NCBI GenBank assembly: GCA_000388065.2
Contig: KB932201.1
Origin: Fonticula alba ATCC 38817
Lineage: Eukaryota > Protista > Nucleariida
Strand: one strand, 5' to 3'
DNA length: 64,000 bases
Positions 40,167-51,599 of this stretch are shown in pieces; the stretch's first letter is position 1; the number at the start of each line of letters is the position of its first letter. The notes beneath the pieces are model-generated. The model was not told the DNA's origin. It ran no database searches and saw nothing but the letters and a program-made list of their open reading frames with translations. Position numbers and translations under genes: made by a program.

Positions 40167-41676
40167 TTACAGGTTGAGCAGCTCATCATCGTCATTGTCA
40201 TCGTCCATGGCGAGGGCCGACCGGACAGGCGCCTTGGCACCACCAGCATCGGATGCGCCCCTACGAGTCTCAGCAAGGGCGGCCGCTGCGGCCAGGCGCT
40301 CGGTGCGAGTGACCTCCTCGCGGGCCTTGTTGGCCTTCTTCTTATCCTGGATCTTCTTCAGACTGGTGCGGCGAGAAGGGGGGNNNNNNNNNNNNNNNNN
40401 NNNNNNNNNNNNNNNNNNNNNNNNNNNNNNNNNNNNNNNNNNNNNNNNNNNNNNNNNNNNNNNNNNNNNNNNNNNNNNNNNNNNNNNNNNNNNCAGCATA
40501 CCGGAAGAACTCCTCGCGATCCTGCTCATCGAGCTCGGACTTGATGTAGTTCACGGTGTTCTCGATACGCGGGATAATGACGTGCTCGATGGCGTTGACA
40601 CGGCGGTTGGTGAGCTTGATCACCTCGTCGAGGACCAGGAAGGAGGTCTGTGGCAGGCACGTCCCACGAGGAAGGGGGAGAGGGGGCGGAGGACATGGTG
40701 AGACAGGGAGGGCCAACGGGCAGGAAGTCGGGAGCAGCAGCCAGCCAGCCGCGCACCTGGAGAGAAGCCAGCTCGATGAGCAGACGCGAGGCCTCGCGCC
40801 AGGCCTTCTTGGAGTTCTGGATCTGGGGACCACCACGACCGAGACCGGTGAGCTCGTAAGCTGATGGTCGAGCGCGGGGCCAGGGAGAGGAAGGAAGCGG
40901 AGATTGAGACAGGACGACCACACAAGGACGGGTCAGAGGAAGGTGAAATGATGGCACAGTCTGGGGACATGCACGAAGGGCGGGACGCACTGTCGGTGCC
41001 CTCCCAGAAGGTCTCAAACTGGGGGATCTGCACACCGGCAATGTTGTCAAGCTTGGCGCGGGTCTTCAGGGTGGCCTGGCCGGCAGACTGGACAATGGTG
41101 TTACTGGGATGCGGGGATGGTGGAGGAGACGGGCCATGGGGGAGAGAGAGAGAGAGAGGTCAGTGCCAGTGGGTGAGAGTATGTACACGCGCGCTTGCGC
41201 GTGGATGTGCGGAGAGGCGGGCGCCCTTCGCCCGTGCCTCGCACAGCATAGCGGGAACGGGGGAGGGAGAGAGGGAGAGAGGGCGGAGCATGGACTGACG
41301 CACCCGAGATCTGGGGCAACCAGGTTCACCTGGGCGAAGGAAAAGTGCGCGGCCTTCAGGATGTCACCCATGAGGGCCTTGCTCTCGATGATCTTGCGAG
41401 TAATGATGCGGAACTTGACGGTCAGGGCATCACTCTTCTTCTTGAGCAGGCCGTGACCGGAGCGGGCACCGCGCAGGCGGGCCTGCATGTTGGTCAGGGC
41501 CCTGAAGCCGACGGTCGGGGAAGAAAGGCACCCAGGGAGAGACCGGGGGAGGAATGGGCCGAGAGCGGGGGGGGGGGGGACGCGGTCAGTCACAAGGGCG
41601 ATACGACGGATGGGCGGACATCAGAAACATACATTCGCGTCGGGAAGACGTTCAGGCGAGCATTGCTGCTGGACAT
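40167..41676 (-). CDS. VMA8: V-type proton ATPase subunit D; 6 exons, 266 aa
   Basis: Exons 41676-41633, 41501-41304, 41103-40991, 40860-40757, 40647-40502 and 40362-40167 join in frame (801 nt). Sequence: [122 protein letters not shown]. Confidence 0.97.
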
Positions 41677-42374
41677 GGTGACGACTGTGCGGAAGGGGAG
41701 GGAGGGGAGGGAGGGTCAGGGCAGGGCCGATACCCAGGGGGAGACAGATGAACGAGAGGCTGCAAGAAAGGCAGTGAAGGCGCAGAGGAAACAGGTGGAG
41801 GGGGGGGGAGAGGAAGGGAGGGAAGGAGGAGGAGGCGAACAGGTTGGACGGGCGAAAGGAGGAAAGCAAGCGCCACAAGGGAGAGGGGTGCCAGGCACCT
41901 CGATCGACAGGGGCCGGGAGGGTGAGAGAAAAAGTGCGATGCCGGGACTCGCGTCGCAGCCGGGGCCCTCCCGCCCCCAAGAGTAGGGTGGCAAGGCCCC
42001 GGGAGCTGGCTGGAAATGGAGTCCCAGCGTCCCCCCCGCGGCACGCATGACTGGTCCCCCAGCCCCCCCCCCCCCCCGCGCAGTGGCCTGGCCCTCCACC
42101 GGGCGGCCCTGGCGCCTGGCGGCAATAATACCACCCTTGCAGGGGCCGGCTCCCAGCCAAGCGAGCGCCCAGGCCCAACGAGGTGCTCCGGTGGGGGGTG
42201 GCAGCTGCCCCGTGCTCGTCCAGTCCAAAGACCGGCGGCCCCCGCGCCGGCGCCCAGACGCCCCTCCTCTGGGGCCCATTGGGTTCGGCCGGCGTGCTTG
42301 TCCTTGTCCTTGTCTCCCTGTGCGGCCACCTAACTGGTGCCAGGGTCAAGCCCAGCACCCGGAGCCCTGCTTCT

Positions 42375-42429
<55 letters not shown>

Positions 42430-42883
42430 GCTGCTCACCCAGAGTGGGGCACGGCGCTGGTGGCTGAAGTGCCAACCAGATTCACTGGTGTCCGCGCCAA
42501 GGGGGATGGCAAGGGCAGTGGCGACAACCCTACAAGTGCCGAGAAGGCGGCCGAGCACGGGAGCGACTCCGTCGTTGGAGGACGGCCCTGGCACCTCCAC
42601 GGCAACGGAGAGCCAGATAGGCGGGGTGGGCTGGGTAGAAAAAAATACGCCTCACATCTTGTGGAGGACACCCCACGCACACACAGGGAAAGAGCGCGCC
42701 CCCTACCTTGGCCCCATCCCCGCCTGTGGGGGGGGGGGGGGGGNNNNNNNNNNNNNNNNNNNNNNNNNNNNNNNNNNNNNNNNNNNNNNNNNNNNNNNNN
42801 NNNNNNNNNNNNNNNNNNNNNNNNNNNNNNNNNNNNNNNNNNNNNNNNNNNNNNNNNNNNNNNNNNNNNNTGGGTCAATCCCC

Positions 42884-42939
42884 CCCCCCCCCCCCCCCCC
42901 CCCCTCCGAACTCCCCCCCCCTTGCCATCTCGTATGCCG

Positions 42940-43011
<72 letters not shown>

Positions 43012-43031
43012 CCCCCCCCCCCCCCCCCCCC
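42884..43031. repeat. Near-pure poly-C tract (poly-G on the - strand) next to an N-gap
   Basis: About 150 nt of C runs with short interruptions. A poly-G run borders the other side of the gap 42744-42870. Confidence 0.85.
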
Positions 43032-43874
43032 CGAGTGGTCCACGAAAACAAAGCACAACGAGGCATCGAAAAGGGCGTTCGCTCGAGCCGGCCCGTTTTA
43101 GCAGCCCCCCCCCCGCTCGCCACCGCCCCGCCAGCTGGCCCTCGTTGCCGACCCACCCCGGCCCTCGCCGGCAAATCAGCCAGGCCAGGGGAGTCTAGAT
43201 TGAAAAAGAGGACACCCGTACCACCATATGGACATGTGACGTGATAGGGTGATCGCCCCCGCTACTGCGGGTGTCTTAGGGTCCGCGAGGAAAAGACCAA
43301 TGCGGCTGGGCCGGGTGAAAAGGAGGCAACGATCGCCGCGCCCACGTACACACGGCCAGAAGAGAACTCTGCAAACGTTCGGCAGGGAGAGAGGGAGAGA
43401 GGGCATACACATTCGCGTGTGTATAGGTGGTATATTACACTGTGCTGTACGCCAGCAGATGAGCACAGAGGGTCGAAAGGGAGGAAGCGAGGTTGCCCTC
43501 CAGACTCCCCTTGGCTCCCTCTTCTCGTGCACATGTGCCCGATCCCTCCCGCCCCCTCCAGAAAAAAAAGAGGGGAGGGGAAACAGAGGGACATGTGCCC
43601 AAACAGGCGACATCGGAGAAAGACAAGGACGGGGGTGCGCATGGCAGCGCGATGGTGGCGGTGGCGGTGGCGGCGCCAGGGTGAGGAGGGAGGACGAGGA
43701 GGAGGCGCGAGAAAGATCTGCCAGCAGGATGGGAAGCACGCGGAGGGGCACATCTCGCGGATGGACTTTCCCCCCTCTTGCCTGCCGTTCTCGGCCCCGA
43801 ATCTCCACCCTCGCCCCTCCTCCAGAAGGGTAGCAGGGGGGAGGGGTGGGGAAAGAGAGAGAGAGAAGAGTGGA

Positions 43875-45554
43875 CTAGAACCGCCTGAAGTCCATGTAGT
43901 CCTGGATGCGGCTGATGGTCCGCCAGACCGACTCCTCATGATTGCGCAGGTATTCCGACCGGAGGAAGAAGAAGAAGCACAGGACGCCAACAATGGCACC
44001 GGAGTAGAGGATGTCCAGCCAGCTGGCGAAGAAGATGATGCACGGAGACCCCCCCGGAGCCGAGAGGGGCAGGATAAGCTCGGCCCAGATGGACGACGGG
44101 AAGGTCATGAAAAGGGTGAGCAGGAATCCCACGACCAGCAGGATCTTGGCATTGGTGGTCGGAGTGAAGGAGGCATCGGTGATGGCGGCGCTGGTGGCGG
44201 CCGACCGGCCAGTCGGGCCAACGCCACGCCCATTCCCGAGAGAGTTGTACAGGACCGTGGAGTCCCCACCGCGGCAAGTGGCAAAGAGTCCATGCGGCGA
44301 AGTGGTAATGATGTATGTCAGGACCAGTGCCGGCATACGCAGGAGGATGCACGACCCGAAGAAGAACCAGTAGTAGGGGGGCTCATTCTTGAATGTCCTG
44401 GATACGAGCACATCCGCAAAGGAGGGAGGGGGAAAAGCAGGAGGTGGGGCATGCGTCAGAAAAGCCCAGATCCGGGGCCGATGGAGACAAAAAAAGCAGG
44501 GGGGGAAACGAGGGAGGAAGACAGCAGGCCCGCTGCCCCGGCCCCCCCCCCCCCCCCACCCGCCCGACGGCCAAGAACGTACACATTCAGGTAGGCAGCC
44601 ACCAGAAAGACCACGAAGAGGAAAAAGTACAGGGTCTCCCAGCTGAGGAAGTAGGTGCGGAAGAGATAGGAGACCTGGTGCATCAGACCGGAGGATGGCT
44701 GTCCGGAGAAGTCGCCCGGCCCGGCGGCCGCATAGGGGGCGTAGTCCGGGTGCTGGCCATCCGAGTGGTGGTTGTTCACCGGGGCGTAATCATTGTAGGA
44801 CGAGGGCCCGAGGGAGGGGTTCTTACCGGCGAAGACGCCGGACGCCGAGTCGGGACTGGTGTTGCCCGACCGATAGTGGTATTGGTAGCCCAGAGTCAAG
44901 GCCAGAGCCAGGGCGCCGAAGCCATCCAGCACGAGCGACGTGAAGAAGAGGGCCATATTCAGAGTGGAGCTATCTTCCACGATGTCCATGCTGTAGCGGA
45001 TGGCCTCGATGATGGCGCTGTGCGTGTGGGTGCATTTGGTGCTGGTGGTCAGGCACATGTGCGGGCGCGGGCGCGGGCGCGAGCGAGCGGGAATGCAGGC
45101 GGGCGAGCAGGTGCGGCAGAGCAGGTGGCCGGACGCACCGCAGGCCGACAACGCCGAAAAAGAGGGCCCAAAGCGTGTTGTTGTTCTCAGGATAGCGGAA
45201 ATTCAGGTTGAAGACCACCACGCTGTTGTACTTCCAAATGGTGACGGCCACCAGGACCGCGCACATGAAGAACATGGTGATGTTCAGGAAGACCACCGTC
45301 GGATAGGACATGTGGCCTGGGCAGGGGGGGGGTTGGTAAGTCGGGGGGCGGGGGAGGGGCAAGAGTCCGGCACATCTGCTTGTGCATGCGCGGAAATGGC
45401 GATGCCAGATGAATGAGCGCGTACCCAGAGAAGTGGTATCGGTCGGACAATTTGGAAGGGGAACACCGCCGATGGGATCAACATAGTTTGAGACAAGGCT
45501 TAGAGCAGACCCGGAAATTGCCTGCCCGAGGCCGGAGAGGGCGCTCGCCGCCAT
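43875..45554 (-). CDS. Uncharacterised 7-transmembrane protein with GPCR-like topology; 4 exons, 421 aa
   Basis: Exons 45554-45425, 45316-45139, 45017-44583 and 44397-43875 join in frame (1266 nt). Seven hydrophobic segments: VVFLNITMFFMCAVLVAVTIW; LWALFFGVVGLRAIIEAI; ALFFTSLVLDGFGALALALTL; LYFFLFVVFLVAAYLNV; YYWFFFGSCILLRMPALVLTYII; ILLVVGFLLTLFMTFP; WLDILYSGAIVGVLCFFFFL. C-terminal tail RSEYLRNHEESVWRTISRIQDYMDFRRF*. Confidence 0.85.
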
Positions 45555-47103
45555 GGCTGCGGGGGAGTGGATGGAAAGGGAAACAGGAAAGAAGGGAAGA
45601 GGGGACGAGGCGGGAGCGAAGAGGAGGGAGCGGCGAGTGGGGAAGGGGCGGAGGGCAGATGGCGACCAGGGCCAGGGCAATCACGCCGGCCGGGCATGGT
45701 ATCGGAAAAGGCAGACCCCTCCTCTGCTGGGTGAGGCGGGGGCGGAGCACACTCTATCGCAATAGAAGAGGCCCCCCCCCCCCCCCCCCCTCGCCTTATC
45801 CAAGCCTTAATGTGACAAACCGCCCCGGCCAGAGAGGAGGCCAATCGCGAGCCAGCCATGTTCCTGTGCCTGTCCTTGTGTGCGCACGCAGCGGGCTTGC
45901 CGCCGTCGGCTGACGAAGTGGCTCGTGCGGGTTGTCATGCGAAAAAAAAACGCGTTAAAAGGGATATTCGAAAATCAGCCCATCACATCCGCTGCCCCGC
46001 TCTCCAGGAAAAGGCGCAGTCCGATGGCAGGGGGGGGGGGGGGGGTATCGACTTGCCTCCTCGTCAATGTCCCCCACTTGTCCCTTCTTCTGCTGCCGCG
46101 CTTGGTGTAATACACCCGCCTGTGGCCCGCCCCCCGCCCCCTACCGGGGGAGACCCACCGGTCGCGTGGGCTGCCACAAGGGAGCGCTCTCTCGGCCCAC
46201 CGTCCCGGCCCCACCCGCTCGGCGTCCGGCACCCGACACCCCCTGCTCTCGGCATGACCGGCCCCGGGCCGACCGGGCTCGCTGTGACCGCTCTCGTGGC
46301 CCTATCCCCCGCCCCCCGCCCCCGCCCCCGCCCCCCCCCCCATCCCCCAGAGCCCCCCCGGGCAGGGGAACGGCTCAGCCCCCGCTCCCCGGCCCACGTC
46401 ACTAGAGCGCACCCCACGAGCTTGGGCCTTCTCTCGCTAACGCCCCAAGGCTTGCCCTTTGATAAGGCTCTGCCCCGGGCGGCACCGGTTTGTTACTGCC
46501 GCCCCCCCCCCCCCCCCCCCCACACCACACCACGCAGGCACGCGCACCCCGCCTCCCCAGTGCTTTCTCGTCACTCCTGGCTGGCAAAGTTGGCCCATCG
46601 GTATGAAGGGTGTGGCCCGGGGCCTCCTTGGCGGCCGGCGGGCCTGGTGTACTGGGGCGGGGCGGGGCGGGGCGGGCTCCAGGCGCGCGGATGCATGTGC
46701 GGGGGTCGAGGGCGGGGGGGGGGGCAGAAGACAGACAAGCACATAACAGCCGGCCATTTCCCACATTGCTGCGGAGAGGTGGGAACTCTTCGGGATATCA
46801 CGCGCAGGGGTGTGGTCAGGTGTGGCGAAATCACGGCATGCATCCGCTGCCCGCCACAAAGGTCAATCCCGCCTGTAAAAGGCCCCCGCCCGAGGGTGTT
46901 TCACTTCCTCCCCGGAAGGGGCCAGGACAAATGCAGTGACTGTGGTGACATCTCCTCATCCTGCTTCCATCTCCCTCTTCGCCTCCTCCGCCTGTCCATC
47001 CGTCTGCCTGCCTCTATCTCTGCCCTCCTCCCCTTGCCGCGCACCTGCCCTTCCTGGCCCGCCTCCGCGGTCGAACGCCCNNNNNNNNNNCCGCGGTCGA
47101 ACG

Positions 47104-47146
<43 letters not shown>

Positions 47147-47180
47147 CCCCCCACACCCCCCCGCCCCCCCCCCCCCCCAG

Positions 47181-50039
47181 TCGTCCCCGCCATCATGGCG
47201 AGTGTCCCAATCGACGCTCTCGCGATCGCTGGAGCGCCTGCTCCTCCGGTCCTCGCCGGAGGATGGTAGCACTGGCCCCGATGCGTCGCTCCTTTTGCAG
47301 TCTCTCCAGACAGCCGAGAGCATCCTCATTTTCATCCGGGATATGGAGTGGCGCGTGTCGACCGGGTCCTTCCCGGCCGAGGCGGCGGCGGCGTATGCCG
47401 CAGCGGCGGCCATTAGCCAGGGCGATGAGCCGGCTGAAAGGCCTGCCTCAGCCACGGGGGTCACCCTACCTGCCGACCTGCTGGCCATTCGCCCGGGCAC
47501 GGCACAGTCGCCATCGCGCCCGGATCGGCCACCTCCCTCGCTGGCCGAGGATTATATCGTACTTTCGTGTGCCGGATTCAAGCGCCAGTATCGCCTGCTG
47601 CCAGTGCCACTTGGCTTTGCTCTCATCCCCACGGAGTATGCCCAAGCAACAGGGCCCAAGCCCGATATGGTCCTCCTTTCGCCCCAGTCTCGGATACAGG
47701 CCGATGCCGGGGCCTCGCGCTTCACCGATCAAGATAGCGTTCTCTGTGGCTGGATGGAAAAGCAGGGCGACACGAATAAGGTGTGTCTGTGTGTGCTTTT
47801 TGTGAGCCACCGTCGCTTCAAGCTGCCACTTTGTACCTCCCCCCTCCCCTCCCCGCCGCGCCGCGGCCCGTTCCCTTGATCCTGACTTTGGTGTGCCCTT
47901 CTTTTCTGCCCTCTGTCCATGCTCTGGGGGCCGGCCCGCGTGCGCGGGGGGGGGGGGGGGGTTCGCGAGACAGAAGTTCCGCCGCCGCTGGTTTACCCTC
48001 TCCATGGAGACCGGTCTCTTCTCGTATCATCGGGCGCCAGCACGCATGGGCGATTACCATTCCATTTACGCCTCGCTGGAGGATCGACCAGCCGATCTTG
48101 GTGGCTCCAAGCGGCGGACATCCGGCTCCTGGGCCGCCATGGCGGCCTCCAGCCCTGGGAATGGCCCGGCCTCGGGTGGCGCCTCCCCCACTGACTGGAA
48201 TCTCCTCGAGGCTGATGGGCTCCTGTGCCGGGGGTGCACCCGGTCACCGAAGATCGCCTCGCTGTACACGCGCCTGCTGACCACGGAATTCATGCTTCCG
48301 GCGGTGGCCCTGCTCACATGTGCCGGGTCGGAGGGGCTCTCCCAGCCAAGCGGCCCGATCACTCGCCACCATACCAAAGCCCTCTCGGGGTCCGGCACGT
48401 CGGGCAGTGGTGCCTCTGCCAGTGAAAAGCCCCTTGCCGATGACGCCGCGGACCACATCCCGCAGACGGTCCTTTCACATGACACCTCCAGCTTACGAAC
48501 CATCGACGTCAGCAATGTCCTGAGCGTTCGCCAGGGCTACTTGCCGGATTTGCGCCAGCGAGCCGGGCAGATCGGGGGCTTCGGTCCCGGGGGCCAGGTT
48601 TCCCGTCGGGAGATGCTCCAAGCCGAGACGCGCCTCTACCAGGAGGCCTTCCTTTCGGCCGGAACGGCCGCCATCAGCATCCAGCCGGTGGATTCGGCCG
48701 CCAATTTGCTTCCTCGACTGCCGGTGTCCACCTCCCCGAGCTTTGGTGACTTGTTCGACATGATGGATCCTCGCGACACTGCTGGCAGGAGCGGCAACAC
48801 CGGCGGCGAGGGTGATTTAACCGCGGTGGATGCCGACCGACGCACTCCCTCGCCGGTGTGTTTCGATGGGGACGAGGAGGATGGCGGCCACTGCCTCCCC
48901 CTCTCCGGGGAGACCTTCCTGGATGATACAGATGGCTCGTCAGATGAAATGCCCGACATGCCGCATGGCGGCTCCTCGAGCGCGGCCCTTAGTGCGTCAC
49001 ACCGGAGCCGTGCTTCTTTTTTATCCACCTGCACCCATTTCCCTGCTTGCATGCCGATGCCGTGGCTGCCGCCCCCACCACTGACAAAAGGATGCCGCCT
49101 GACGGCTTTTGTCCTGGGTGCAGCTGTCCCGGCCCGGGAGGAGCCTCCGCTACAGCATCGGCATCTGTATCTTTTCATCGAGACACCCGGGCGCGTGTTT
49201 GTCCTGCATGCGCCATCTCCCTCGGCGCATGCAGTTTGGTACTCGGCTCTGATGAATGTGATTGCTTCCAAGGAGACACCCATTTATTCGGGCTGGCTGT
49301 TCAAGCGCTCAAAGTATGGTTGGGTGTGTACCTTTCACGTTGCCGACATCCTTCTGTCTCTATCTGTCCCGCTCGCTCTCCCGCTCGCCCTCTTTGCCTC
49401 CCTCTCGCCCGCCCTCTCTCTCTCTCTCTCTCTCTCTCTCGCTTGCTCGCCTTCTCTCTCTCTACCTCCCCCCCCTCCTCTTTGCCTCGCCCATGGCCAC
49501 CTCTCTCCCTCTTGTGCTCTCACGCGTGGCTCTTTTTCCGTCGGGGAACTGACTCTTGCGCTCTCCTGTCTGGCATTGTAATTTCCCCTCGAATGCGTGT
49601 GTGTGTGTGTAGGGTTGGAAGAAACGCTGGGCAGTCCTGCGTGGCCGCCAGGCCTTTTTCTATCGTCAGATTGATGTACGCGCTTGGCCGAATCCACGCA
49701 CTCACTTGCATGTGCTTCTGAGCGCACGCGCACACACTCACACACACACATGGCCCATGCTTACCTCCTTATTCCCTCTGTGGCCGCTCCCGTCGACAGA
49801 AAACCCACGTCGGCCAACTTCGCAGTCGAGTCGAGCTGCGCACTTGCACCCTGGCCGAAGGGCTCCCCTCTGGGCCAACCGGCCGGGCTCACCAATTCCG
49901 CTTGGTTTTCCAGGACGGCAGACAGCTCATCCTGGCGGCTCCGTGTGCGGCCTCCCGGCGGGACTGGCTGTCGGCCATCACCTACCATCCCTCATACCGG
50001 CCGAATCACTTCAGTGTCATTGAGGGAGAATACTACTGA
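47181..50039 (+). CDS. Tandem PH-domain protein with the first PH domain split; 5' end unresolved
   Basis: Exons 47181-47780, 47974-48991, 49124-~49323, 49613-49675 and 49800-50039. PH1: VLCGWMEKQGDTNK|KFRRRWFTL..LFIETPGRVFVLHAPSPSAHAVWYSAL. PH2: YSGWLFKRSK..WKKRWAVLRGRQAFFY..VELRTC..QFRLVFQDGRQLILAAPCAASRRDWLSAI. The first coding exon and ATG were not found; they lie upstream of the acceptor at 47180, near an N-gap. Confidence 0.8.
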
Positions 50040-51567
50040 CCTGCATGGACAATATACGCACGTGTCAGCCCGCCCCACAGCTCGGACGCGGGGAGGGTGG
50101 GATCCTTGGCGCGGGAGGGACGACAAGGAGAGGGGGCGGCGATGCGACAGGCTGGCTGGTAGTTGGAAGTGGTGCAGGGGGTGAAGACGGGAGGGGAGGG
50201 GGGGCGGGGCGTTTTCTGTCTTCTGCGTTTGGGGGGGGGGGGGGGGGGATGCCAAAACTGGCCATCATCTAACGTCGGCTGACGGACGCGGGACCCCTGG
50301 GCACCTGAGGGTGCCAAGCTGGGGGGCTTCCTCTTCCGGAGGGGGGGGCCTCCGGGCCTGTGGTCGAGTTGGGCCCACCCACCCCGGGGCCCCGCCCCGG
50401 GGGGGGGGGGGGGGGGGGGGGGCAGGTGCACACACACACACACACACACACACGGACAGGTGGGGGCAGGCCCTCGCACGGGTGACACAGCCTGGAGCGG
50501 CGTGTGACCGCACACGGCCCTCGGCGTGTGGAAGAGGCAGCTCCTCCACACGCCGGCCCGCCACGCCGGGAGGGGGGTGGACTGGAAAACTGCCCGATCA
50601 ATGGGCCTGGCCCCCTGGCTGAGCCGCGAGACACATGCTTGGCCCCTTGGCGCGGCGGCACATGTACATGCGCGCGTGCCTCCGCAGTGCGCGCAGTCAG
50701 CGGAAGGGGCGGGCCGAGAAGTGGGCAGGAGTGAATCAAAATAAACAAAACGCTGGGGGACACTCACGCGGGAGGTGTACCCGGAACGGGGCAGCATCTG
50801 GGCGTGTGTGCGTGTGTGTGTGTGTTGTGTGCATGTACGTGCTGGTGTGTACGTGTGTCCTTGTCGGGCGTCTCCCTCGAAAAAGCCATATGACCGGAGA
50901 GAGGCCCCTCCCATTTGGGTATATACGGGGGGGGGGGGACTATTTTTGGTCATTTATTCCTCCTCCCTGGCCATCCGCGCTGCCCGGAGCCGGCGGGCGG
51001 CGCCGGACAGCATACTTCATTTTCCTCCCGGCCCTCGGTCCTGGCGGCCCGGGGCCGCGCCGCCTCAATGCCCGCCACCCTGGGCCATCATCTCCTGGCT
51101 GTGTGGTGGTGTTGTGTGCCTGCCCTTTGTTGGTCACTGGCGCGGGGGACGCCCGATCGCGACCAGGTCCGAGCACTGGCGGGCCCGCGGGGCTGTCAAG
51201 GTTGCTTTCCCCATACGGCCAAGGGAGTCCCAACGCCCGGGTCCCGCCCGCGGGGCCTGCCTGGGCGGGGGGCACAACCGATGACAGAATCCCCCCGGGC
51301 CAGCAGGATGGTGGATTGTTTTTTACCCTCGTTCTCCCTCGCGCCTCTCCCCCGTCCTGGACCCTCAACACTGGTTGTCTGACTCGCCCGCCCGCGCCCA
51401 CGCCCCCCATCCGGCCCCAATGCTGCGGGGCATCCTGGACGGGCGTTGTCTGGAGCGGCCAGCCTGCTCCGATGAGCCAGACCATGATACCCAATCAGGC
51501 ATGGCACTGTTTCAGGGGCCCTCGGGAGTGACTCCCGGGCCTCCTCCGCATGCGTCGTACGTGCTTG

Positions 51568-51599
<32 letters not shown>

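Noticed and set aside
47065-47106. 16-bp direct repeat CCGCGGTCGAACGCCC on both sides of a 10-N gap
   Set aside because: This is a typical contig-overlap scaffolding artefact, not a target-site duplication.
45858-47180. 5' part of the 673-aa ORF 45858-47879 as the N-terminus of the PH protein
   Set aside because: It translates low-complexity intergenic or intronic DNA with poly-C and an N-gap. Only the portion after the acceptor at 47180 looks coding.
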